A DNA stretch of 27,592 nucleotides from Gemmatimonadota bacterium (GTDB taxonomy: Bacteria > Latescibacterota > UBA2968 > UBA8231), in NCBI GenBank assembly GCA_038128265.1, contig JAYPJE010000050.1:1-27592 (forward strand). Direction: 5' to 3'. The position numbers were made by a program, and so were the translations under genes. Every line of letters begins with the position of its first letter. The stretch's first letter is position 1. The notes under the pieces were generated by a model that searched no databases, was not told the DNA's origin, and worked only from the letters and a program-made list of their open reading frames with translations. Below, in pieces: positions 27,346 to 27,592 of the stretch.

Positions 27346-27374
27346 AATATATACACCAACAAGTGTGTGTGCAA
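27346..27374 (-). promoter_or_regulatory. Leftward sigma70 promoter for the XRE gene
   Basis: Minus strand TTGCAC(27374-69)-N17-TATATT(27351-46). Confidence 0.65.
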
Positions 27375-27410
27375 GTTCTCAGGGCATTTTCTATTTCCGA
27401 CAAATAATTC

Positions 27411-27439
27411 TTGACAACACAAAGTAGCGTGTGTAAATT
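27411..27439 (+). promoter_or_regulatory. Rightward sigma70 promoter for a gene or RNA beyond the window
   Basis: TTGACA(27411-16)-N17-TAAATT(27434-39). Confidence 0.7.
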
Positions 27440-27475
27440 ATGGTAGGATTTAGGTACACTGTCGCAAGCAAATAG

Positions 27476-27503
27476 TTAACACACTCCCTTGTGCGTGTGT
27501 TAA
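27476..27503. repeat. Perfect 9-bp inverted repeat, candidate operator
   Basis: TTAACACAC-TCCCTTGTGC-GTGTGTTAA. Related ACAC-N8-GTGT boxes lie at 27353-27368 and 27417-27432. Confidence 0.75.
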
Positions 27504-27592
27504 AAAGGTTTTGAGTGTGGCGGTCTGCTGAGTGAATAAATCCTTACCGTAAAGCTCGGATTCCCCTTTTCGGGCCACTGGGGTCTTCAAAA

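Noticed and set aside
27290..27520. GTGT/ACAC repeats as a CRISPR array or IS end
   Set aside because: No regularly spaced direct repeats, and no cas, transposase or integrase gene in the window.

Overview
GC-rich bacterial core-genome window. The gene content suggests an FCB-group organism such as a Latescibacterota-like lineage; this is inference only. The left arm (minus strand) is a translation cluster: ispE, tRNA-Gln(TTG), rplY, pth, hppA, rpsF, DUF2232, rplI and a truncated lipoprotein. It has no prs, ssb or rpsR, and a membrane pyrophosphatase is inserted into it. A divergent plus-strand run encodes a 1222-aa exported TPR protein, a Crp/Fnr regulator, a sigma-54 activator, a DegP/HtrA protease, an Xaa-Pro peptidase and a THUMP-like methyltransferase. 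Next is a variant cytochrome c maturation cluster: ccmE (CxxxY), ccmF, a Cys-rich ccmH, a zinc-ribbon ccmI-like gene, a beta-sandwich membrane protein and ccmABCD, with no ccmG. Then come two tandem DUF151-UVR genes, a lipoprotein, an orphan zinc anti-sigma factor with an ECF-like promoter and a HEAT-repeat lipoprotein. The window ends with an XRE regulator next to an AT-rich divergent promoter/operator switch. The best leads are the hybrid System I*-like Ccm system, the XRE switch, the A1-U72 tRNA-Gln, the orphan anti-sigma and the DUF151 pair. No transposase, integrase, CRISPR or rRNA was seen. All calls come from motif recognition by eye; no searches were run.
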